Assembly: GCA_034722955.1 (NCBI GenBank) | Contig: JAYEOM010000021.1 | Location: 1-14,218, forward strand | Direction of reading: 5' to 3' | Length of the DNA: 14,218 nucleotides | DNA from: Campylobacterota bacterium | Lineage (GTDB): Bacteria > Campylobacterota > Campylobacteria > Campylobacterales > Sulfurovaceae | In this document: positions 1-8,037 of the stretch, in pieces | Layout of the letters: the number at the start of each line of letters is the position of its first letter | How positions within the stretch are numbered: position 1 is the first letter of the stretch | Position numbers and translations under genes: made by a program | Notes under the pieces: generated by a model | The model's database searches: none | Seen by the model: only the letters and a program-made list of their open reading frames with translations | What the model was told of the DNA's origin: nothing

Positions 1-464
1 CTACTGCTGTCAGAGATGCTTTTTGGTTATACTCTTTTGGATTTCAAGGATCTGCATATCAGCAGAAGGGTCAAAAAACTACTGAGCAAAAAAAGTTGCA
101 TCTTGAGCTAGGTCAAAACCTAGATGAAGATTTTCAAGTCATATCTGTACTCATTATAGAAGATGGGGAGGTGATCTCAGGTGAAGTAGGTTACGCCATA
201 GGCAAAACATATACAAGCCTGAGTGGATTTAGCAGAAAAGAGAGGAGATATCGTAGCTACGGAGCAGCCCAGCTTGTTCTGCTTGCCAAGTACCTAGAGG
301 AGAAGGGTTTTGCTTTTTGGAATTTGGGACAGCCATTTATGGCCTACAAATTTGCACTTGGTGCTAGAGTTTATGAGCGAAAAGAGTTTCTGGAACGCTG
401 GAGTTCTCAAACGGACAATAGATCTCTGGAGACTCCCAAGGGGTTTAGCAGTCTGCTGGATTGA
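1..464 (+). pseudogene. Leucyl/phenylalanyl-tRNA--protein transferase-like (GNAT-fold) gene, 5' end outside window, apparently frameshifted
   Basis: Frame 1 (1-111) reads LLLSEMLFGYTLLDFKDLHISRRVKKLLSKK, resembling the Aat 'LHISR..KK' segment, then stops at TAG 109-111. The rest (GEVGYAIGKTYTSLSGF...YGAAQLVLLAKYLEEKGFAFWNLGQPFMAYKFALGA) is in frame 3, 96-464. The frames switch at an A7 run (88-94). A sequencing error is an alternative. Confidence 0.6.
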
Positions 465-495
465 CCCCACCAAAACCAATAAATCAGTAAAAACT

Positions 496-1089
496 CTAAT
501 AATCTCTTTTTACTGTTATCTCCACTCTTCTGTTTTTCTCTCTTCCTTCGGGATTGTCTCTGCCATCTTTGTGTCTATTTTGTGCTATTGGTCTTCTCTC
601 TCCCAACCCTTTTGCCCAGATGATCTTTTTGTCTATCTCGGCATTTTTAACAAGCCAATTTTTGACTGATTGGGCGCGTGCCTTGGAGAGTTTTAGATTG
701 TATCTATCTGAACCTTTTTCATCAGTGTGTCCCTCTATCAAAACACTTTTTGCATGGTATTCGCCTATCACTCTCGCGATATCCCTCAGGGTTGGCTCTG
801 CTTTTTCTCTTATGCTTGCTTTGTCAAAATCAAATAGAATATCTCCAGACATCTCTATCTTGATCTCTGTATCGCTCACTTTGGCATTTAAATCTTTTAA
901 AATCGCCTCAACCCCAAGCACCACACCTGTAATCCCAATAACCTTTCCCTTCTCAATGCTGACTATTTTAGCACTGGAGAGTGCATTTTGGGCGATACTT
1001 TCCAACTCTGGAGAGTCTGCATCCAAATATTTATCTTCAGCATTTATGCTTGAAAAAACCAAACATAATGCAAATATGACCCCACGCAT
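496..1089 (-). CDS. OmpA family (OmpA_C/MotB-like peptidoglycan-binding domain) exported protein
   Basis: 197 aa. Sec-type signal (MRGVIFALCLVFSSINA). Motifs ILFDFDKA, IEGHTDEKGSDRYNLKLSKARAQSV, GLGERRP and NRRVEI. Too short to hold a beta-barrel. Start codon overlaps the upstream stop (TAATG). Confidence 0.92.
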   Translation of the reverse strand: MRGVIFALCLVFSSINAEDKYLDADSPELESIAQNALSSAKIVSIEKGKVIGITGVVLGVEAILKDLNAKVSDTEIKIEMSGDILFDFDKASIREKAEPTLRDIARVIGEYHAKSVLIEGHTDEKGSDRYNLKLSKARAQSVKNWLVKNAEIDKKIIWAKGLGERRPIAQNRHKDGRDNPEGREKNRRVEITVKRDY

Positions 1090-1535
1090 TACTTATCCGT
1101 TATGGGAACATCTTCGAATGGCAGTACCTCTGGAATGATGATATTTATCTCCTTTATTTCGGCTGGGGGTGCAGGAAATTTTGCCCACCAGGTATGACTT
1201 CCTCCTTTTTTGATGCGAGTATTTATATTTTGAGGAGCCAATGCTTCCCCCTCTGCATCTTCCAGGATAAAATACTTTTTATTTTCTGCTGTCAGATAAA
1301 ACTTCTCATAAGAAGAACCTGTACCTAAATAGAGTGATACTTCATCGTCACTCTTATTTGTAAATCTGATTTTTATGGTCAGGACACCCTTCTTGCGTTT
1401 GCACTCTATCACTTCGGCATTTATACCTGCGATGTTTGTGGTCTGCATCTGTATAACATCACTCTGCCCAACAAGCAACGATGGCACCCCAAACAATAAC
1501 GCTGAAACAGATAAAAACCAAACAAAATTTTTCAT
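1089..1535 (-). CDS. Secreted hypothetical protein, predicted beta-rich (Ig-like), partner of the OmpA_C gene
   Basis: 148 aa. Signal peptide MKNFVWFLSVSALLFGVPSLLVG, strong AAGGAG RBS upstream, alternating beta-strand patterns (LTIKIRFTN, KKYFILED) and C-terminal WWAKFPAPP...PFEDVPI. Confidence 0.8.
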   Translation of the reverse strand: MKNFVWFLSVSALLFGVPSLLVGQSDVIQMQTTNIAGINAEVIECKRKKGVLTIKIRFTNKSDDEVSLYLGTGSSYEKFYLTAENKKYFILEDAEGEALAPQNINTRIKKGGSHTWWAKFPAPPAEIKEINIIIPEVLPFEDVPITDK

Positions 1536-1577
1536 CTTAACTCCTTTGAAATAATTTATATAGTTAAATTATTGCAT

Positions 1578-1583
1578 AGTATA
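1578..1583 (-). promoter_or_regulatory. Possible -10 element (TATACT) for the 1535/1089 gene pair
   Basis: AGTATA on + (TATACT on -) about 42 nt upstream of the ATG at 1535 in an AT-rich tract. Confidence 0.35.
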
Positions 1584-1738
1584 AAGATAAGATCAAAGCA
1601 TTTTTGCAACTTCCTTCTCACTCTCACCAGTTTGTATCAATTTTTCTCAAAATTCTCATTGATATCTACAGCGAGCCACAAGGTACCGCTTTTTGCAGTG
1701 AGTACTCTATCTCTGGTTAGTGCCGAGATGATCAGAGA

Positions 1739-2356
1739 TCAATATAGTGCCTGCATCTTATCGATATCATCCCAGCTCATAGACTTTTTGGCAGAGCGGT
1801 GCTGTAGGATATGGTCTATATATCTGGCAAAAAGATCAGTCTCTATATTGACTTTAGTTCCTATCTTGTAGTCGGATATCAGTGTCTCTTTGAGAGTGTG
1901 TGGGATGATAGTGAGGCGGAAGCTATCACTATAGACATCGTTTATAGTCAGGCTGACACCATCTATGGTGATGGAGCCTTTGGGGATGATGTATGTTATA
2001 TATTTGGGATCAACTTTGATGATGAAGTCAGTAGCATTGCTGCGGGGAGTAATGGTGCTGACAACGCCTACGCAGTCTACATGCCCCTGCACCACATGCC
2101 CCTCAAACCTGTCATCCAACTGCATAGCTGGCTCCATATGGACTCTACCTCTGATCTTGCTCTCGTCGATGATAGAGCGGGTCTCATCTGCCAACTCCAG
2201 ATCAAAACCATCACTGTTGACTTTTATCACAGTAAGGCAGACACCATTGATGGCGATGCTATCCCCTATATCTGCTCTATATTTAGATTTGATTGTCAAG
2301 ATATTGTTGCTATAACCTTTGACAGTTGCGATTTCTCGTATAAGACCTGTAAACAT
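1739..2356 (-). CDS. ribE: Riboflavin synthase (alpha chain; ribC in E. coli nomenclature)
   Basis: N-terminal MFTGLI signature, two lumazine-binding repeats (GDSIAINGVCLTV; KGSITIDGVSLTI), GHVVQGHVD, VNIETD. GAGG RBS upstream. Confidence 0.97.
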   Translation of the reverse strand: MFTGLIREIATVKGYSNNILTIKSKYRADIGDSIAINGVCLTVIKVNSDGFDLELADETRSIIDESKIRGRVHMEPAMQLDDRFEGHVVQGHVDCVGVVSTITPRSNATDFIIKVDPKYITYIIPKGSITIDGVSLTINDVYSDSFRLTIIPHTLKETLISDYKIGTKVNIETDLFARYIDHILQHRSAKKSMSWDDIDKMQALY

Positions 2357-2381
2357 ATGACCTCTATTTGTAGATAAGTTT

Positions 2382-2390
2382 TGCTATAAT
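2382..2390 (+). promoter_or_regulatory. Extended -10 promoter (TGcTATAAT) for mnmG
   Basis: Exact TGnTATAAT ending 36 nt before the mnmG ATG. GAGGA RBS at about 2416-2420. Confidence 0.75.
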
Positions 2391-2395
2391 CCCGA

Positions 2396-2404
2396 ATTAT
2401 AGCA
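2396..2404 (-). promoter_or_regulatory. Extended -10 promoter (TGcTATAAT) for ribE
   Basis: ATTATAGCA on + is TGCTATAAT on -, ending about 39 nt before the ribE ATG. Confidence 0.75.
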
Positions 2405-2426
2405 AAAGATACAAAGAGGATAATAA

Positions 2427-4292
2427 ATGAATTATGATGTGATTGTCATAGGTGGAGGTCATGCAGGTATAGAAGCCTCCTTGGCAAGTGCCAGGATGGG
2501 TGCAGAGACACTACTCGTGACGATATTGGTAGAGCAGATAGGTGCATCGAGTTGCAATCCTGCCATTGGCGGATTGGCAAAGGGGCATTTGGTCAAAGAG
2601 GTCGATGCACTAGGCGGGGAGATGGGACTGGCTACAGATGCGACAGGGCTACAGTTTCGCATGCTCAATGCCTCCAAAGGACCAGCGGTACGCGGTTCTC
2701 GTGCTCAGATCGATATGGATCGTTATCGTATCTACATGCGTGATGTTGTGATGAATACGGAGAACCTAGAGGTCAAGCAGGAGATCGTCACAGGGTTGAT
2801 CATAGATGATCTTCAAGTCAGAGGAGTTGAGACACAACTAGGAGACCGATACTCTGCGCCCAAGGTGATCATAACAGCAGGTACTTTTCTGGATGGAACG
2901 ATCCACATCGGTGACAAACAGCAGAAGGCAGGACGACAAGGGGAGTTTGCCTCTATAGAACTAGCCCACTATCTGCGTGAACTTGGACTCACTATAGGCA
3001 GGCTCAAGACAGGTACTTGTGCTCGTATAGATGGAAAGAGTATCGACTTCTCTGTGATGGAGACTCAAGATGGTGATGAGCCGCCTATTCCATTCTCTTT
3101 TCGAACAGATCGTGCATCATTTCATCCCAAACAACTCCCATGTCATGTCACCTACACCAATGAAGGGACACATGCCATCATAGAGAATAACTTTGACCGT
3201 GCACCTCTCTTCTCTGGACAGATTGAAGGGGTGGGTCCACGATACTGTCCTAGTATAGAGGATAAGATCAGTCGATTTAGAGATAGACCAAGGCACCAGA
3301 TCTTTGTAGAGCCACAGACGATGGAGGCAACAGAGTACTATATCAACGGCATGAGTACTTCTCTGCCGACCGATGTCCAGCTAGATATGATCCGCTCCGT
3401 AGAGGGGATGGAGAGTGCAGATATCGTCAGATATGGCTATGCGATAGAGTATGATTTTGTTCAGCCCACCGATCTGAAACATACACTAGAGACCAAAAAA
3501 ATTGCAGGATTATATTGTGCTGGCCAGATCAATGGAACGACAGGGTATGAGGAGGCAGCAGCTCAGGGGCTGATGGCAGGCATCAATGCAGCACTATCTA
3601 TACAAAAGAGAGAAGCCTTTATACTAGGACGAGATGAGGCATATATCGGCGTATTGATCGATGATCTAGTGACCAAAGGAACCAAAGAGCCATATCGTAT
3701 GTTTACTAGTCGTGCAGAGTATAGACTGCTGCTTCGTGAAGACAATGCTGATCTGAGGCTATCCCACTATGGCAAAGTACTGGGGCTCTTAGATCAAGAC
3801 TACTCATCCAAAGTAGAAGATAAAAAAGAGATGATCAATAGAGCACTTCTTTTTCTCAGAGAAAACTATGCCACTCCAACCAAAGCATTTCTCACAGAGC
3901 TTGAGTCGATTGGTGAGATGAAGATAAATGACAAAACCTACTGGATGGATATCATCGGGAGGGGTGAGTTTGATCGCTCCAAGTTGGTAGCTCTGCTTCC
4001 TGAGTTTGACCACTATAGTGATGAGGTCATAGAGCAGATACTTGTAGAGGCTAAATATAGTCGATATATCGAAAAGCAGCAAATGCAGATAGATCGCATG
4101 CATGATAGACTCAAGATAAAGATCCCCAAAGATTTCGCATATGAGAGTGTATCCGGACTCAGCAATGAGATCGTAGAGAAGCTTCAGCGGGCTACACCCC
4201 CGACACTCTTCGGGGCATCACAGATCTCAGGGGTGACACCTGCAGCACTGGAGATAATTCATATATATATCAAAATGACACAAAGGAGATAA
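2427..4292 (+). CDS. mnmG: tRNA uridine-5-carboxymethylaminomethyl(34) synthesis enzyme MnmG (GidA)
   Basis: 621 aa. [11 protein letters not shown] motif, [62 protein letters not shown]. Confidence 0.99.
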   Translation: MNYDVIVIGGGHAGIEASLASARMGAETLLVTILVEQIGASSCNPAIGGLAKGHLVKEVDALGGEMGLATDATGLQFRMLNASKGPAVRGSRAQIDMDRYRIYMRDVVMNTENLEVKQEIVTGLIIDDLQVRGVETQLGDRYSAPKVIITAGTFLDGTIHIGDKQQKAGRQGEFASIELAHYLRELGLTIGRLKTGTCARIDGKSIDFSVMETQDGDEPPIPFSFRTDRASFHPKQLPCHVTYTNEGTHAIIENNFDRAPLFSGQIEGVGPRYCPSIEDKISRFRDRPRHQIFVEPQTMEATEYYINGMSTSLPTDVQLDMIRSVEGMESADIVRYGYAIEYDFVQPTDLKHTLETKKIAGLYCAGQINGTTGYEEAAAQGLMAGINAALSIQKREAFILGRDEAYIGVLIDDLVTKGTKEPYRMFTSRAEYRLLLREDNADLRLSHYGKVLGLLDQDYSSKVEDKKEMINRALLFLRENYATPTKAFLTELESIGEMKINDKTYWMDIIGRGEFDRSKLVALLPEFDHYSDEVIEQILVEAKYSRYIEKQQMQIDRMHDRLKIKIPKDFAYESVSGLSNEIVEKLQRATPPTLFGASQISGVTPAALEIIHIYIKMTQRR

Positions 4293-4293
4293 G

Positions 4294-5163
4294 ATGGCAA
4301 TTTACTATTATGCGTATAGCGGACATAAATATGGACTAGATCGAGTAAAAAGAGGTGTTGCATTGATCAAAGCAATGCAGGCTCAAGGTGTAGAGGTGAA
4401 CCTGCTGCTCAATGATTTCAGAGCTGGCTTGGCAGCCAAAGAGCTAGGGGCAGTAGACTCTGTAACTATAGAGACTATACTGGATATTGATGTTATAGCA
4501 GAAAAAGGGGATACTCTTTTTATCGATAGTCCAGAAGATGATAGAGGAAAACTTGAAAAGTATAGCAGTGAGTATAAGCCTCTATTTCGTGTAGTGGACT
4601 CTAGTGATGAGATAGCCTCTTATGGTGAAGTGTTGATGAAGCCTTATTGCAAAGATGGGCTGGAGTCTCTCTCCTCTATCATAGTAGATCGAGACTACTT
4701 TACTGCCGGCACTAAAGAGGAGAGAGTGCTATTTTTCTTTGGTGATGCGGATTATGATAAAGTTATACTCTCAAATGCAGAATTTTTTGAGGGTATGGAG
4801 ATGGATCTTCTCTTGGGGCAGTACTTTTTTGTGAAATATGAAGATGATCTAGCCCAGATATTTGAGAGACTTCATGAGCCTGAAGAGTATAGGGATCTCA
4901 TATGCAGCAGTAGCAGAGTAGTGACATCTTCACTGCAGACTGCTCTCGATGCCAGGGCAGCAGAGGCAGATGTAATATATATAAAAAAACCGGCAGATGC
5001 GGAGTCTCTACTGCATCAGCTTGAGAGATTTGGTATTAAGATTATCGAAGGGTTTGATAGAGAAGAGTTGATCAAAGCACTCGATGCTCAGAAAGATGTG
5101 AAAAAAGTACCCAATGATATTGATATAACAGCTAAAAATATTATAGATAGTATATTTTTATAA
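4294..5163 (+). CDS. Hypothetical protein, weak resemblance to PseG/SpsG-like GT-B fold proteins
   Basis: 289 aa acidic ORF starting 1 nt after the mnmG stop with GGAG RBS. N-terminus SGHKYGLDRVKRGVALIKA echoes the PseG 'G.GH..R...LA' region, and LFFFGDADY echoes 'LI.FGG.D'. The CDS is solid but the function is a guess. Confidence 0.7.
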   Translation: MAIYYYAYSGHKYGLDRVKRGVALIKAMQAQGVEVNLLLNDFRAGLAAKELGAVDSVTIETILDIDVIAEKGDTLFIDSPEDDRGKLEKYSSEYKPLFRVVDSSDEIASYGEVLMKPYCKDGLESLSSIIVDRDYFTAGTKEERVLFFFGDADYDKVILSNAEFFEGMEMDLLLGQYFFVKYEDDLAQIFERLHEPEEYRDLICSSSRVVTSSLQTALDARAAEADVIYIKKPADAESLLHQLERFGIKIIEGFDREELIKALDAQKDVKKVPNDIDITAKNIIDSIFL

Positions 5164-5183
5164 AGTATTAATGGTCTCTCCAC

Positions 5184-5189
5184 TATAAT
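5184..5189 (+). promoter_or_regulatory. -10 element (TATAAT) for petABC
   Basis: Perfect TATAAT 31 nt upstream of the petA ATG, with AAGGAAGG RBS before the ATG. Confidence 0.6.
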
Positions 5190-5220
5190 CAATTGATTAA
5201 AATTATTTTAAAGGAAGGGT

Positions 5221-5721
5221 ATGAGTAATAGAAGAGACTTTATGGGTATGGCTCTGGGCGGTTTCACTGCACTGGGCGGCATCGCCGCACTGTATGCGAT
5301 GAAGCGATCCTGGGATCCATTGCCAAGTGTAAAGGCTGCCGGCTTTACGACAGTTGATGTTAGTGGTGCACAAGATAATGTTCTAAATGTGGAGAAGTGG
5401 AGAGGGAAGCCTATCTTTGTTTTGAAAAAATCAAAAGATATGAAAGCAGATGATAGAGATGTCATCGTTGGTTCTGACAGGTTCCATGTCTCTATCGGAC
5501 TCTGTACACACTTGGGATGTATCCCTGCTTATAAGCCAGATGAGCATATATTTTTATGTGCCTGCCATGGTGGAGAGTTTGATGTAAGTGGTCATGAGAT
5601 CTTCGGGCCACCACCAAGTCCACTGGAGATTCCGCCATTCAAGGTAGATGGAACAACGATTGTACTTGGCGAAGCGGGACCTGAGTATGAAAAAATGCTA
5701 GCTGCTGGCTTGACGGTATAA
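5221..5721 (+). CDS. petA: Quinol:cytochrome c reductase Rieske iron-sulfur subunit
   Basis: Twin-arginine anchor SNRRDFMG plus TM helix. Rieske boxes CTHLGC and CACHGGEFD, then GPPPSPL. First gene before cytochrome b. Confidence 0.97.
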   Translation: MSNRRDFMGMALGGFTALGGIAALYAMKRSWDPLPSVKAAGFTTVDVSGAQDNVLNVEKWRGKPIFVLKKSKDMKADDRDVIVGSDRFHVSIGLCTHLGCIPAYKPDEHIFLCACHGGEFDVSGHEIFGPPPSPLEIPPFKVDGTTIVLGEAGPEYEKMLAAGLTV

Positions 5722-5731
5722 GGGGTATAGT

Positions 5732-6946
5732 ATGGCAAAATTTGAAAAAGCAAATAGCATAAACGAATGGATGGATCAGCGGTTAGCGGTTAATACGCTT
5801 AAAAAAGTAATGCAGACTGAATACTGGATCCCAAAAAATATCAATTTCCTCTGGGCGATGGGTATGGTCTTGGCAGCAACATTTGGACTGCTGCTTGTAA
5901 GTGGTATCTTCCTCTTGATGTACTACAAGCCGGACACAGCGACAGCATTTGATAGCGTTAACTATGTTATTATGACTGAAGTTGGTTATGGTTGGTTGTG
6001 GAGACATATTCACGGTGTAGGTGCTTCATTGGTATTCTTGGTCATCTATATTCACATGTTGACAGGGATCTATTACGGCTCATATAAAAAAGGTCGTGAG
6101 TTGATATGGCTCTCCGGTATGGGACTTTTTGTTGCATTCTCAGCAGAGGCATTCTCTGGATATATGCTTCCTTGGGGACAGATGAGTTACTGGGCTGGTA
6201 TGGTTATTACCAATCTATTCTCTGGTGGATCACTTGAAGCCTATGGTTTGGTTGAGTGGATTAGAGGGGATTATGTTCCAGCTGATGCATTTTTGACTAG
6301 ATTCTTTATGTTGCATGTACTATTGATTCCTTTGGCTATCATCGGTCTGATTGTACTTCACTTTGGTACATTGAGAATACCACATGTTAACAACCAAGAT
6401 GGTGAAGAGTTTGACTATGAAGAGGCTGCAGAGCTCTATAAAGCAGGAAAAGTAAAAGAGTCCAAAGTGATTCCTTTCAGTCCAGTATTCTTGAGTAAAG
6501 ATGTCTTTGTAATGGGTGTATACTTTATACTCTTCTTCTACTTGACATTCTACCACTTCCAGTTTGCTATGGATCCTGTAAACTTCGACCCTGCAGATGG
6601 ACTCAAGACACCGGCACACATCTACCCTGAGTGGTATTTCTTGTGGAGTTATGAGATATTGAGACCATTTAGTAAAGACCTTGGTTTGATAGCATTCGCT
6701 ATAGCTCAGGTTATCTTCTTTGCACTTCCGTTCCTTGATAGAAGTCCAAATGTTGCTCCGGCAAGCAGAAGAGGGCTCTTTAAGTATTGGTTCTGGATTA
6801 TGTTGTTGGATTTGATTGTCTTGACTTTTATGGGTAAACTTCCACCTGAGGGTATTTGGAATCATATTGGTCTTGTCTCTGCACTCATATTCTTTGCATT
6901 GTGGATTGCACTGCCGATCATTACTAAATCAGAAAAAAAACTATAA
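5732..6946 (+). CDS. petB: Cytochrome b of the Rieske/cytochrome b (bc1-type) complex
   Basis: 404 aa hydrophobic protein. WRHIHGVGAS and IYIHM heme ligands, GYMLPWGQMSYW, FMLHV/VLHF, TPAHIYPEWYF (PEWY Qo motif). Confidence 0.98.
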   Translation: MAKFEKANSINEWMDQRLAVNTLKKVMQTEYWIPKNINFLWAMGMVLAATFGLLLVSGIFLLMYYKPDTATAFDSVNYVIMTEVGYGWLWRHIHGVGASLVFLVIYIHMLTGIYYGSYKKGRELIWLSGMGLFVAFSAEAFSGYMLPWGQMSYWAGMVITNLFSGGSLEAYGLVEWIRGDYVPADAFLTRFFMLHVLLIPLAIIGLIVLHFGTLRIPHVNNQDGEEFDYEEAAELYKAGKVKESKVIPFSPVFLSKDVFVMGVYFILFFYLTFYHFQFAMDPVNFDPADGLKTPAHIYPEWYFLWSYEILRPFSKDLGLIAFAIAQVIFFALPFLDRSPNVAPASRRGLFKYWFWIMLLDLIVLTFMGKLPPEGIWNHIGLVSALIFFALWIALPIITKSEKKL

Positions 6947-6956
6947 GGAGTAGGGA

Positions 6957-7958
6957 ATGAAAGAACTTAAAATATTCGGAGTAGTAGCATTCTTTACACT
7001 CTTGCTATACTGGGGAGTTGAGCCGTTTGCTCACTCTCAGATGCATAAGCATGTAGAGTTTAATGGATTTAAATATGACGGTGTTGTTGATATTCAAGAG
7101 GCTGAGCAGAAGGTAGCGAAGTGGAAAGAGGCAAAAAATGCCGATAAGGTTAAATCTGCTGAAGCGACTCTAGCTGCTAAAAAAACTTTTTGGGCAGATG
7201 TAGATAAGATCTCTAAACTCAAAGGTGATGTAGTAGCAGGTGAAGCTGGATTTGCTATGTGTGCAGGCTGTCATATGGATGGTGCTGCCAATATGGGAGG
7301 TGTGATACCTCCATCACTTGATCACTCTGGTGCGATCTATGATAAAAACTATCTTATCGCTCTCATCAAAGATCCGGCGATGGCATCCAATGTTGATCAT
7401 AAGTATGCAGACACTATGATGCACCCAATGGGTTCAGTATCATCTATGTTCCCTGATGCTCAGCAGATTGCTGATGTTGTTGCCTATATCAAAGCGAAAA
7501 AAGCTGGTGAAGTGACAACAAAAGAGGCATTTAGTGAAGCTTGTGGACGATGTCACGCAATGCGTTATGCAAAAACTTCACAGTTGGGAGATATCCCTAA
7601 GTTTAAATTTATGAAAGATGAGTTAGCTTACAATATCAAGATTATTGAAGAGCAAGATCTTGTGAAAGACTATATGGGTAAATTGCCACCGGATCTATCT
7701 ATGATCAACAGAGCTAGATCTCATCATTTCCTAGAGACTTTCATAGAGAATCCTCAGGGACAACTACCGGGTAGCTCTATGCCTAGAGTTGGTTTGAGCC
7801 CAGAGGGGTACGAGAAGGTTGATGCCTATATGACTGAGATCGGTGATCCTAGCAAGCCTGCTAGAGAAGCGATCGGTCCATGGGTTATCCTATTCTTTGT
7901 AATCTTCACAATTTTGGCATACTTGTGGAAAAAAGAGAAGTGGAGAGATCTTCACTAA
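6957..7958 (+). CDS. petC: Cytochrome c subunit of the bc complex (annotated c1), two heme motifs
   Basis: CAGCH (7260-7274) and CGRCH (7542-7556), PPDLS, PGSSMPRVG, N- and C-terminal hydrophobic helices, AAGGAG RBS. Confidence 0.95.
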   Translation: MKELKIFGVVAFFTLLLYWGVEPFAHSQMHKHVEFNGFKYDGVVDIQEAEQKVAKWKEAKNADKVKSAEATLAAKKTFWADVDKISKLKGDVVAGEAGFAMCAGCHMDGAANMGGVIPPSLDHSGAIYDKNYLIALIKDPAMASNVDHKYADTMMHPMGSVSSMFPDAQQIADVVAYIKAKKAGEVTTKEAFSEACGRCHAMRYAKTSQLGDIPKFKFMKDELAYNIKIIEEQDLVKDYMGKLPPDLSMINRARSHHFLETFIENPQGQLPGSSMPRVGLSPEGYEKVDAYMTEIGDPSKPAREAIGPWVILFFVIFTILAYLWKKEKWRDLH

Positions 7959-7967
7959 AAGATTTAG

Positions 7968-7987
7968 TCAAGAGCTCCCGCTCTTGA
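7968..7987 (+). terminator. Hairpin just after petC, possible terminator or mRNA 3'-stabilising stem
   Basis: TCAAGAGC-tccc-GCTCTTGA, perfect 8-bp stem 9 nt after the petC stop. No clear U tract on +. Confidence 0.55.
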
Positions 7988-7999
7988 TAGCACGATAGC

Positions 8000-8037
8000 A
8001 TACTTAATCGTTTTTTGCGATTAGGTATCATTTTACT
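8000..8037 (+). terminator. Second hairpin in the petC-moaA spacer
   Basis: ATACTTAATCG-ttttttg-CGATTAGGTAT, 11-bp stem with one G-U pair (8000-8028), followed by CATTTTACT. Confidence 0.4.

Noticed and set aside
87..95. Canonical programmed -1 frameshift A_AAA_AAG
   Set aside because: In the upstream frame the codons are AAA AAA AGT, so the heptamer is out of phase, and I saw no clear stimulatory stem.
496..1089. Flagellar MotB, Pal or a T6SS TssL/TagL component
   Set aside because: No motA, tol or T6SS genes adjacent, no MotB transmembrane Asp motif and no proper lipobox.
554..2377. Long plus-strand ORFs 554-1138, 1572-1871, 1811-2377 and 1965-2315
   Set aside because: Antisense shadows of the OmpA_C gene and ribE, with no RBS or recognisable motifs.
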